DNA from: Azolla caroliniana
Lineage: Eukaryota; Plantae; Polypodiophyta
Assembly: GCA_043228905.1 (NCBI GenBank)
Contig: JBHGNT010000001.1
Location: 36,332,001-36,396,000 of the forward strand
Direction: 5' to 3'
DNA: 64,000 nucleotides
Shown here: in pieces, positions 13,801-25,821 of the stretch
Layout of the letters: every line of letters begins with the position of its first letter
How positions within the stretch are numbered: the first letter of the stretch is position 1
Made by a program: the position numbers and the translations under genes
The notes under the pieces: generated by a model
Seen by the model: only the letters and a program-made list of their open reading frames with translations
Told to the model about the DNA's origin: nothing
Database searches by the model: none

Positions 13801-16800
13801 GATACTAATGCAAATTCTATGCTAGAACTGCAGATATATATTATATATAAATTTATTGCACGGCCAAGATGCTATCCAACACCTCTGTTAGCCTTATATA
13901 TAAGGATGCAATGTTTGTTTAGTTGTGTTTGGATGTTTATTAAGCTTATAGGATGTTGTCCTGTGTATGTAGATAACATATTTATGAACTGAAGCTCAAT
14001 GTTTGCATTGTTATTATAAGTTTCAATGTTTGTTTATTAACAATTGTGTTAGGACAGAGACATTCCTTGACGATTGAAATTTTCAACTGCATATGAACAA
14101 ACTGAAGAACTGTTCTAAAATCAACTATAAATGATCTTGATGTAATCTCTGTAACTGTGTCAACAAATTTACTTGCAAGAGTTATCTATGTCGAATTTAG
14201 GTGCTAAAGATGCTTGCTCAGTATCAAAATATTCATTGCCGAGGCTAATTGTATTTGGTTTAGTGTTTCATCACAATGTTTTGTAATGTAGGAGTGTTTT
14301 TCGGGAAGAGTTGGCTTTATTACAAAAGTTGCGACATCCGAACATTGTACAATTTTTAGGTGCTGTAACTCAAAGCACTCCAATGCGTATCATCGTGGAG
14401 TATTGTGCTGGGGTATGCAATGTTGTAGATTGATCTTTTCACTTTGATAATTTTAATATTGTATACTTTTTATCTTCAGTTATAAGTCTATGTCAGAATT
14501 CTCTCATGAATTCCCATTTCAGTCTCATTATTTTCCCAATTGGTCAACCCCTCCAAGAGAAAAGGGAGGATGAATTGGCTGCCATTTAATTGCTCAAATA
14601 ACACATATAATTGCTCTTCTGGTGTTTAACAATGGCAGTTTGGGAAACGAAAAATTAGGGGGCGTTTTGGAGTTTATATATATCTACTTTTTATCAATCC
14701 CGTTAAAAGTTTTTGAATGGTTCATAACCTGTTTGTTCCTCAAGCAATCTGAGTAAACAAATAACAAGACTTTTATTTCTATGATGAACTATTACACATC
14801 CTTTACAATTTCCCCTTCCCATAGATTGCAATCGGTCTCTCTCGGATGTTAAAAATATATCTATCTTCTCCTCATAGTGAGATTTTCTCTCCTCAAGTTT
14901 ATGTTCTGATTTTTTATGGAGTTGGGCTTCTGTATTCTCTATTCATTGTCATTTACAAAAAGTCTATTGTGAGGTACATAAGAGGAAACATGTACGCAGT
15001 TTAACATGGTGGATTGAACAGGGGGATTTACATTGGTATTTGGAGCAGAAAGGCCAACTAGAGCTAATAAAAGCTGTGAGATATGCTCTTGACATAGCAA
15101 TGTAAGAACATTTTATTGCCTATGAATTTGTTTGTTGGTAAGGGGATTGATTACTAGGGTTTAAGTCACTCTTTGGAGTGGAGCCAAAATTTCTGTTCTC
15201 TATGTATTGAGACCTCTTTCTAATGACAACTCCATGAGTATGACAAAAAATGGAAACTTCAAAACCATGACATTCACATGGTGCTTACAAATTTTTGTCA
15301 GCTATTAAAGTGGTTTTGAATTTGTGATTCAGAAGATTAATTTTGGTTTTCAATTGTCCATTTCTAATCGTCTTCAATTTTAACTTTGAGGATTCTGATA
15401 ATATACTTGAACTGTATAATATAAGTGTATTTAGCCAGACTATAGTTTGAATTTTGTCAGTACTTTGTATGAATTTTATCTGAGTACTATCTGGCATGTA
15501 TGGCATCACTATCCATCAATATTATATTGGTTCAATCCATGTTTTTGCACATATGATGTAGGGGGTTGAATTATTTACATCAATGGAAGCCTGATCCGAT
15601 CATTCACCGGGAATTAAAACCAAGGTAGTGGATTTTGTTTTCATCTTGTCTATGGGAAATAAAATATTCTCATGTGTGAATATACCCATGAATAGTATTC
15701 TCATCATCGAAGGACAAGTGAGAGAGAATTTATTGTGGTTATTTGTGTGTTATTTGCTATAGTTACTAATCTTTTCTCTTCTCAGTATGTTGCCAGAAAC
15801 ATACTTCGGGATAGAGTGGGCCGCCTTAAGGTAGCAGACTTTTATCTTGGTCAGATTCTGAAAGCATTTTCTGAGTCAACCGCAGATTCTAACATCCCTT
15901 CTCGTGAGTGGTGAAGAATTAATTCTGAAAACGATTAGATACTTGGACAAGATTTTAAACTACTTATTACATTTTTCATTGTGATGCTTGAATTCAGGTC
16001 ATTACATGGCTCCTGAACTATTGCTAGGAAAAGCATTTGACAAGAAAGTGGATGTATATTCATTCGGCATAATTTTATATCAGGTATAAATACAATTTAG
16101 ATTATAAAAGACACTAAAAGCTTATCATAAAGCCATAGACATGTGGGAGGTTTGAACGGCTGATGGATTTTCTTATGACTATTGCAGATGATTGAAGGTC
16201 GTTCAGAGTTCTTTCTACGAAAGGAAGAAGATGTGATTCAGGCAGTTTGCCATGAACATATCAGGCCATCTTTCAGATCAAAGGACAGACACTATCCTGA
16301 AGGACTGAAAAAGTGAGTGAAAATAATCCTATGATATATGACGAGATGTTCGTAAATTTCTTAACATTGAAAATCATATATACATAAGGTATGACAGAGT
16401 TCTTATTAAAAGGACTTTTTTGAGTCTGTCCATTACTATTTTCCAAGTCCAACCAGAAGCAGGCAATATCATCAGTTAGAAATTAGAAAGAAATAATAGC
16501 GTTTACTAGAGGCTACATTGGACTTATCAGACAAATCATGGTCACAAATATGGGGGGATTGATGTTATCCATAAAGCTCTAGGTTTCCTAAAGGCTCCAT
16601 GATCATTATCTTAATGCATATGCTGGAATAATTTCGGAGTTGCTATGTATGAGAGTAGTAGTGACCAAACTTCATATCCAAGATTGGTTGGTACTGTGAA
16701 ATGACGCTATGATGAAGTTTTACAAGTGTATCTGGATGTCTTTGTGTGGATTGGAAAGGTGAGCAATTATCTTCATGACCTGGTGATGGTATGGCCGATG

Positions 16801-17788
16801 TGCCTTATATCCTGTTACTTGCAGTTTTTGATATCCGTGGCATTCCTTTGTTGATCTATGATGATTCCTTGGCACGTTGTTATTGGAGATAAGGAGCTAT
16901 GGAAGAAATCAGTGATGTGAAATTGTTGTTGCATCCTGCATGCACCGTGTTTCTGAAGTTCAAAAGACTGTCATAGGTCAGCCTTCTTCATCATTTTTTC
17001 AATGGTGGTGGAGTCCACATTCAGGGTGGCATACTTATCTCTAATGTGGTTGAAAGCTGCCATCCACGCACAAAATGTTCCTTGCTTTCAATGCCTCCTC
17101 CACATAATTTACAAAATCTTTCAGTTCTTAGGTATGCAAAATACTCATCCTGTCTCAATCTTTAGTTGGTGGGACGAAACTCTGAGTTGGCCTATTTCTT
17201 TGTGTGTCTGTATATCCATCCTTTGAGAAGTTCATGAAAGGATTTTTGGATATTCATGAAATGACCATGCATTCAACCCCTACATTCCACATAACCATTT
17301 AATATATTAATGAAATTAACGAGATTTGCGTATGTCAAGAAAGACATGGGTGATTCCCCAATATGAAAAAGAAGAAGAGGGGAGACTCTCGTATTCCCTT
17401 GGTTTCTCCGTAGTCGTATACAAGTAATGTTATGTGTTTTACAGTGCTACAACATTTTTGTACTAGAAAGAAAGAAGAATGTTTTGCAGACATGATAGAA
17501 GAGGTGAGGATAAATAATAAGTAGTGGAGCACTATGATTGGGGGATGGGTGCTCTTAACACTTCAAAATCAAAAGCATTCCTATATGTCTCCTACTATTT
17601 GACTCCGCCTGATATTCCAAATAGACGAAGGTATAGCTCGTTTGAAAGGTTATATATGATAGTGATCCTCACAACTCCATTCTGCATGGTCAACTAATAA
17701 ATATCACAACTTCAATAAATGTGTGAAAGGAAGAAAGATATATTAACGTCTTTTAAGAGGCCCAAATGGCCTATACGACCATACAAGG

Positions 17789-17845
<57 letters not shown>

Positions 17846-18872
17846 TAATGTCTACCACAGAGGCAGAAATCGGCCTATGAAAGAAATCATGATTACAAAT
17901 ATGGGTTGATAATGGCGAGTAATAATCTCATTGTTTAGTACTGGTATGGAATTGTCCTTCTAGTATGGCAATAGTTGCAAATCCTCCAGTGAGTCGATCT
18001 TGGTGGCATGGGTCATAGAGAACCACCTGGTGGTGCTTGTAAATGCGACTCCTAGATAGACACAGTAGTTCTCTACTTTGACATGGCTCATGATAGGGTG
18101 AAGACAGCTTGTCAGTGTGGATGTGCAGATGTGAGTCTATGCTTTGTTGTCCAAAAATTCCTGGATAGGGCATACTTTGACGTAGCTCATGCTAGGGTGA
18201 ACAGAGCTTGTGTGTGTGGATCTACAGATGCGAGTCGATGCCTTGCTGCACAAAATCCTGTCTAGGGCAGTTGTAGATCTGCATGCATCGATACCAGTTG
18301 CTGAAATATGAATTAGATTGTAATACAGCCCCTCATAAATAAGAATATGGATAGGGATACATTATATTTTGATTCCCTCAGTGTGTTTGCGTGTTATTTA
18401 GTTCTCTACCTACAATCTTTCCTTTTTTGCTTGGTCCACGAAGCAATGTAATATAAGGATATGGTTGGTGTTAGAGAATGCACCTTTGACTGCTTGACCT
18501 GAGGCTCGTCTTTTTCAACGTCAAGCATTTCTCTATATGATTTAGCAAGCATGTGACCTCACTTATAGATAAGCATAATTGTGTGGAGATGGCCAATGTG
18601 TCTGCAAGGTTTAGTAATATTTGAAAGCTGATAGTGTTTCTCTCTAGGTTCTTTCCATTTATGTCTATAATGCTTTGTAGATAATGTGTCTTTCTTTCAG
18701 GCTTATAGAGGCATGCTGGGACAAGGATCCAATGGCTCGACCAGGCTTTGGGCGTATTATTGCTGACCTTCAGGTAATAAAGCCTTTGTGTGTAAAGCAA
18801 AGCCTTTGGCGGAGGGTGCTCAAGACTCCTAAGAGAAACTCAAGTCTCAGGTCTCTGAGCTTCAAGTTCTAA
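10880..18872 (+). CDS. Integrin-linked kinase-like protein (ankyrin repeats plus Raf-like kinase domain), probable pseudokinase
   Basis: Exons 10880-11206, 11738-11812, 11907-12017, 13425-13504, 14292-14412, 15022-15101, 15562-15624, 15797-15903, 15998-16083, 16188-16312, 18701-18872 splice in frame. Motifs RFSLGRQSSMAP, DFDDRTALHVAACEGH, DRWGSTPLADA, WHGTQVAVK, LRHPNIVQFLGAVTQSTPM, HRELKPRNIL, VADFY, YMAPE, KVDVYSFGIIL, LIEACWD..RP.F. Confidence 0.92.
16700..17290 (-). mobile_element. Decayed LINE ORF2 3' fragment in the last ILK intron
   Basis: Minus strand 17192-17150 reads GQLRVSSHQLKIETG, a motif typical of LINE ORF2 C-termini. Boundaries approximate. Confidence 0.6.
17790..17842. repeat. 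(GA)n microsatellite
   Basis: Directly visible. Confidence 0.95.
18076..18268. repeat. Diverged tandem duplication, two copies of ~96 bp
   Basis: tactttgacatggctcatgatagggtgaag...ggataggg followed by tactttgacgtagctcatgctagggtgaac...gtctaggg. Confidence 0.8.
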
Positions 18873-21709
18873 ACAATATCGAAAAGTAATGTGGGTTATG
18901 ATTTCGGATAATTGGAGTCTTTAATTAGTATCAGAGAAAAAACCTTGGCTTGCAAATCTTTAAATTTTTCTATACTATATCTCATGCAATAAAAATCGTC
19001 CTTCCTTTTCATGTTTGTACAACCAAGTGTGAAAAATATAGGATGTGAGATGGGTGGCATTCACTCGATGCTAATCAGACTTGAAATGAAACATTCTCTC
19101 TGTTTTTCGTATTAGGGTTGTGCCCTAACGATAAGTCATATTTTTATCAGCCAATGAATTTATTTGTAAACATACTATTCCACGTCTCTCTTGCTCTCTC
19201 GCTCTATCATATATTGGTTCCTAGTGGATGGTAATACATCATGTTTCTTTGTCTGATTGATGAATCCAAGATTGAAATGAGTGGGGAATATGTTTCCAAG
19301 TGTGTGGAAAAGAAACGCGGTACTGCCACTTGATAACCATAGGGTACACAATCTTTTTTTGAAATTAGCATTTATATTTGAAAGAGAAACCTGCCTAAAT
19401 CTGCTGATATGTTTGAGACATTCAAAGAGTATTCCTGCATGTTGGCTGATGGATTCTCAACACCTGCCCTCTATGAGCCCACTCACATAATTTCCTTTTA
19501 TTAGAGACCCTAGTACATGATTAGGTTCCGAGGAATGAAATGAATTACTTTTACTCAGTTTGTGTTGAAGTATGTAAATGATTGCTGAATCCTTTTTCAA
19601 TGGGAGCTTCTACATGAAGGTCAGAGTAAACATGTAGTTATAGCTAAGCAATATTTAGGTAATATGTGTTGTTAATTATAGGGTTTATATAGTAAGTGAT
19701 CCTTAATTTGAAAGCAGGCATGTACTAAATTGGTTTGTAACGGTTTCTAAAGAAAACTTGGAATGGTTCCAATTAGTTATTCATTTTAATCTAAACGCAT
19801 CCGTTGTCCTTCGATTCTCTGTTTATGTGTTTGTCTGCTTGATACATATGCATCCATCCATTATCCTTCGATTCTGTCTGCTTGATACATATGCATCCAT
19901 CTATTGTCCTTCGATTCCCTGTTTATCAGTAATTTTTTGTTCTTTATATTTCTGATTTATGTGTTCAAAGTTCAAACATAATTTTCATGCGATTAGGTGC
20001 CTTTAAAATTATGTGGGTTATTTTATGAATATAATCCTTTTTGTGGCGTCTCATTAATGTAAAGGTAAAATTTCCTACATATTCCCTCTCAAATTTCTGT
20101 TGTAAAATCTCAATCAGATGACTGTCATTTGTTTTGCAATTAATCTTCGGAAATTCTTTGCTTAATATAAAGAGTTACTCGCCTTCAAATTAAATGCACT
20201 AAGGCTATATGTATATGCATAATTGATCAAATTTGGCCATTAATTCCTCGCAATCACTATAATCGAAACTTTGATTAATGCATAAAGTGATCTGTTTTCT
20301 TGATTAGTAATTAAAATTAATTTCAATGGATACTAGATTGCAAGGATAAGAATGTGGTTTGTCATTCCATCATATATGACCAATCCAAGGCATGGATTGG
20401 TTTCGGTTTTTTAGGTCATGGTAACTTTGTCCTTGCATGTTCCAGATCCACATGTTATAACAACTTTATCCGTACATGTATAGATGTGCGATCCAACTTT
20501 GGGGATCTATCCCCAATTTATTTATCCTTACATGCATTGGCATGTGCTCCAAATTTGGGGATCCATACTAACGTCAAAATGTATCACATTCACAATACCA
20601 TGCTTGACTAGTACAATAAATTATATATGTTCACTTGCACTACATTCACATTAGTGCCATTTTTGTTGGGAATCATCCATTTCTTTCCGACTCTACATGC
20701 TAGTCATATGGCTGTAGTGAGAAATATATGACAAACTATGGCATTCGTTGCCCAATGATGCTTCATGTTTAGAGTTTGAGGTGAGAGAAAACACAAATTT
20801 AATTGCACTGAAAACCCCAACCCTAATTTAGATGCATCACAAACCAAACTACAATCGCTAATCAGGTTAACCAATGTGTGTTTGTTCCATCTCCACGAGG
20901 AATATGCTCCATGACCACCTATTACGAAAACTTTCCAGACACGACAATCCAACGTAACTAGAATGTGTGATTGAGTTTGAACAAACCAAAAACTGAACCA
21001 TTAGCCTGATACAATTGTTAATCAACCTTCACAACATATCTGGGTAAGAGTTGTCATGCTATGTATCATTAAGTTGGTGCTCATGCGCATTGTTTCAGTG
21101 AACAAACGGCTTGGTGGTGATGGTGGGCGAATATGATTGAGATAGTTGGCTGAACTGATCCTAGTGTTTTGTTTTGTTTTTTTCCAAAAATTTACCACTT
21201 CCATTAGTTAAGACAATGTACATAGGAGATAATATACAACTCTCATATCTTACAAAACTTGCATGGTTACAAAGAGACCAACATGTGCAAAGGAATCAAC
21301 AAAAAATATAAGCTAATTAATCTTCTTCTTTTTTCCATAAAAATATGCTCCATTAGTATTAATAAAAATATAAGCTAATTAATCATTGTATCAAGAGGGA
21401 CGAGCAGAGGAGGATGAGCAACCTTCCTTTGGACGATCCGGGTTATAACAACATGCATCCAATGAGCGGAGTATAAGTGATCCTAGTGTTATATGTGAGG
21501 GGTAAATATGTAGGACGAAGTATTATGGACGTGCAGCCTGAGGCCAAGTGTGGGCGATAGCCAGGCCAGCCCGCCCGACCAAGGGTGGTATGGACCCCGC
21601 CCCCCTGAGACATAAAAACAACACACAGTTAAGTTCAAAAGTGTCCGACCAAGTGTGAACGCACCACACCCGACCACAAATTAAACCGTTCAGAAATTGC
21701 AAACGGCCA

Positions 21710-21797
21710 TCTCTCTCTCTCTCTGTCACACACACACACACACACACTCTCTCTCTTTCTCATACACACACACTCTCTTTCTCATACACACACACAC

Positions 21798-21845
<48 letters not shown>

Positions 21846-22165
21846 CTCGCACACCTGCGCCTTCGTCTTCTTCTTCTTCCTGTTCTCCATCATCTTCACC
21901 TTCACCTTCACCATCTTCTTACTCCGTTTCTGTATCTTTATCTTCATATCTTGCTCCACTTCTTTTGCATCTTCTACTTCCTTCTGTTTCCGACCTTTCT
22001 TTCTTCTCCTCAATACCTTCACCTTCGGTTGCTCTACGTCCTCTTCATCTTCTTCTTAGTCCATTGCTGCATTTCCATCATCTTCTTATTCCATTGCGGC
22101 ATCGTCATCACCTTCTTATTCCATCGCTACATCACTATCTTCTTCTTCTTCTTCTTCTTTCTTTT
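21710..22165. repeat. CT/CA microsatellites and (CTT/CAT)-rich low-complexity leader
   Basis: Directly visible; source of several spurious ORFs. Confidence 0.9.
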
Positions 22166-22245
22166 TCGATACTCTATTCTTCTTCCATTTCGAAACCTTT
22201 CCTTTCTTCTTTTTTGCATCTGTTCCCCGTATTTCCAATTCGTCT

Positions 22246-24188
22246 ATGGAGATCTCAAACATGGAACCTAATTCACCTCATGATGACAGAGACAGTGAAA
22301 CTTTTCTGAAAGACGACTTCTATGAGAACATCCAGGCACCTAAATGGATTGATTTCGATCTTCCCGAAGCACCTGTGGATGACCACGAATGGTTCTGCAA
22401 AAGAGCTGGTAAGGATATCACAATATCACACATCGATGAATTATCACAGATTTCTTTCATAAACAAATTTCTGCAAGATGTCTCTCTAATTACTTCAAAT
22501 GGTCCATTAAACATTTCCTTGAAATGGTTCAGAAAACATCGTTTTTTGAAACACTAAGTTGTTCTAAAAAACTCTGGAGTTTCTTGAATTCGTTCTTCGC
22601 ATCGTCTCTTAGATGATCAATGCGCTCTACGAAAATGAACACAATCGTAAAGTTACTCGTGCACATCGCTATTGTTGGGTATGAGCGATGATGCAGAGTT
22701 CTTTACGAACTGTTGTTGTCTGAACATGAACTCTTTAGTGGAGATCTCGGTGGAAGATTTAAAATAATGTATGATAACAGTACGATCGTCAGTATTTGTT
22801 ATAATTCATAACCATCAGTTCATAAAAGATGATAGCATGAAATGCGTCCGTTCCCATGAATATAAAGGCTAAATGATTGTGGATTTGACATAGTACAATG
22901 ATCAAAGTGTATGATAGCAGTACGATCGTCAGTATTTGTTATAATTCATAACCATCTGTTCATAAAAGACTTTAGAATGAAATGCGTCCGTTCTCCAGGA
23001 ATATAAAGGCTAAATGATTGTGGATTTGACATAGTACAATGATCAAAGTGTATGATAGCAGTACAGTCGTCAGTATTTGTTATAATTCATAACCATCTGT
23101 TCATAAAAGACTTTAGAATGAAATGCGTCCGTTCCCCAGGAATATAAAGGCTAAATGATTGTGGATTTGACATAGTGCAATGATCAAAGTGTATCTGCGT
23201 CAATCTTAACTATTTAACGTACTATGCATTTTAACATCTTCAGGCGTTTATTTGATTTTCTTTTTATATTTTGTAATCAAAACTTTTATTGGCTATATTC
23301 AATAGATTGGTAATGAAAACTGGTTGTTGTTTTGACCTGGTTTTGATCCTACAAAATCTCTAGCCATGTTTATGCATAAATAATTGGTTTATGTTGCATG
23401 TTTTGGTTTTTATTGATTCTATTTGATGTTATGTTTTTTGTCACATTGATGGTGCTTTACTTCATTAATTGTACTCTAACGTTTAGGGTGTTGTACTGCT
23501 ACATGAATAATTTTATGAATCATCTTTCATGGCATCATTTATGTGAAAACTCATTTGCTTGAATCATTGTTGTTGAAGGTTGCCCACACGAAAAGGAGCC
23601 TATTTGTCAATCACCTAAGCCTAATCTTCAAGCTCAGGTAATAAGTTTTTTATCACTAAAATATTTTATTCAAATACGGCGCAATGTTTTTTATTTTGTA
23701 TTGCTTAACGTTTTGAACTATTCGTGATAAAGCTTTATTTAATGTTTTAATCTCTACGTGATATGTTTGTCTAGGCAAATTTGCAGACCATTCCAGAAGA
23801 TATGTGTATGAGTCGAAGATCTTCTAGGACACGCTTGGTGGTATCTTCTTCCTTTGCAGAGAAGGTGATTGCTACATGTGATGGACTTGCTTCTTCTCTC
23901 TTCATCTCTTTTTTCTGTTGCTTCTAGTTCTCATTGATGGCCACGGATTTTATTTCGTCCTCGTTGCTGAAACTGTACATGGTAATGGTGATGCTGTACA
24001 TGGTAATAGAGAGAAAACAAAAGAGTCACTTGATTTTTTCATTCGTAGTTTTTATTTCTATTGTTGTGGTGGAAAGAAATGTTTCTTTACCCCCCAAGAG
24101 ACCACATATTCTTTTATTAATGTACTATTTGTTTCCAATTCTGGTTGCCATTTTGCTTCCGAAGAAGACAAAAAATAGTCTTTCTTGA
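22246..24188 (+). CDS. Short protein with a TPX2-type Aurora-binding-like N-terminus (DFYE.I.APK..DF...DD..WFC..GC); possibly truncated or a pseudogene
   Basis: Exon 22246-22408 (DDFYENIQAPKWIDFDLPEAPVDDHEWFCKRA) joins in phase to 23579-23637 (GCPHE..) and 23775-23864. A possible last exon 23928-24188 is unconserved-looking and hydrophobic. Exon 1 is well supported; the rest is less certain. Confidence 0.6.
22768..23194. repeat. Tandem array of three near-identical 140-141 bp units in intron 1
   Basis: Units start at 22768, 22908 and 23049 (tgtatgata.cagtac...gatcaaag). Confidence 0.95.
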
Positions 24189-24872
24189 TGGCGAGTTTTA
24201 GTAATGCAATGTAATCTTTTCGAAACTTTTCCCATAGAAACCACAGTTTAATTGTCAACCCTAGGATAATGAAGATCCAGCCAATATACAGTTGGGAGAA
24301 ACACCATTTAAGCAGAGTTCTAACATCAAATACATAAACGTTCTCACTCAATAAAGTAACCACCCAATGTATATGTATAGACATGTAAGATGTGACTTTC
24401 TTACAATGCACGAGGACAGGATTACCAGACTATCAAATTTCTTATAACGTTTTGTTATCTTTTGTTTCTTCAAGTTCTCTTCCAGATAATAATTTTTATG
24501 ATTGTTTTCAATTTGCTGAAGTCTTTCAATGAACATTTGAGCATTGAAAGCTTCTACGTTTTTGTGGGTTTTAGGGAGGTTTACCACTAGTAATATAGGT
24601 AATGTTGAGAAAAAGAAAAAAGGAGTGAGCTTGCACGTGTTACAGTATTCTTCATGCGAGAATAAATTCAACATGTTACAAGAGATTGTTTACAAAAATG
24701 TATAAAAAGGCTTAATCATTTCATGAATCCATCACAACCGAAGGTCGGATGCCATTGCCGTCAATAGTAATTATTTGTCCGAAATATGATATGACTTTCT
24801 ATTTTTTCACATCACAACACTTTGCTTGAGTAATTTTGAAGTCGAGTTGTAAGAAGCCCTATCCTTTCATGG

Positions 24873-25220
24873 AGTTTGGTTATATTTTTTTGAGTTAAAA
24901 CATTGGGTCTGAAACCTTTAGGGTGAGGTAAAAAACCCACAAAAAACACTAATGTACAATGTCATGCTCAAATATTGAACTGTAAAAGTTTCCAATATTC
25001 CTTATCAATTTGGCAACACTTGGAGGCTAAAAGCAAACATCATCAGTTTGGTTTTATTTTTTTGAGTTAAAACATTGGGTCCCAAACCTTTAGGGTGAGG
25101 TAAAAAACCCACAAAAAACACTAATGTACAATGTCATGCTCAAATATTGAACTGTAAAAGTTTCCAATATTCCTTATCAATTTGGCAACATTTGGAGGCT
25201 AAAAGCAAACATCATCAGTT
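24873..25220. repeat. Near-perfect tandem duplication, two copies of ~174 bp
   Basis: agtttggtt..tttttttgagttaaaacattgggtc...gcaaacatcatcagtt repeated from ~24873 and ~25046. Confidence 0.95.
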
Positions 25221-25821
25221 GTTTCTTGGATGTTTTTAAACCTCTGCTTTTCACTTATTTGCAAACTTGTACCTTTTTATTATTTTGTTGGACGTATCCT
25301 TATGAGCACCTGAACTATTGTTTAAACAATCCTTTTGTAAGAGGTGAAACTTTACAGCCTTAGAAACACAAGATGCACATTAGAGTTCTATTGAGGTAAT
25401 TCCTGCCCACAAATACATAACATGAAGATTTGCAATGTGACTCTTCGGAGATTTTTTCTTATGGATTTATCAAATGTGCATTAGAGTTAGTATCAAATAT
25501 ACATCCAAGAGATCTATGCATCACATTGCAGATCATGTAACCATTTAACACAAAGTGTAAGCGCATGTGTGGGTGCCCGGGCACACACACTTGTGCCTGG
25601 GCCTTGGGGTTGCCAACGCCCACCAATGATTGAGCTTGATTAATGATTGTAATAAAAAACCAACAATGTAATGAATTACAATGGTTAAAAGCATACAAGA
25701 ATAAACTTTTTACTAGATCAACAATCTTCGATAACATAGACTCGAACTTGAGCACCACTTTCTTGTTGTTGATCGAGTAATCTTACTCGCATGAGATGTA
25801 CAAAAGAAGGTTTTAGTAGGA

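Noticed and set aside
21155-21490. Two GATCCTAGTGTT motifs as Helitron 3' ends
   Set aside because: No clear subterminal hairpin precedes either CTAG.
21697-22309. Overlapping His/Leu-, Phe- and Lys-rich ORFs
   Set aside because: Low-complexity CTT/CAT repeats in the leader of the gene starting at 22246.
22768-23194. CRISPR-like array
   Set aside because: Whole units repeat with no unique spacers, there are no cas genes, and the context is a eukaryotic intron.
25565-25592. GC-rich hairpin GTGTGGGTGCCCGGGCACACACAC
   Set aside because: Too short for a miRNA precursor, and no element termini are recognisable.
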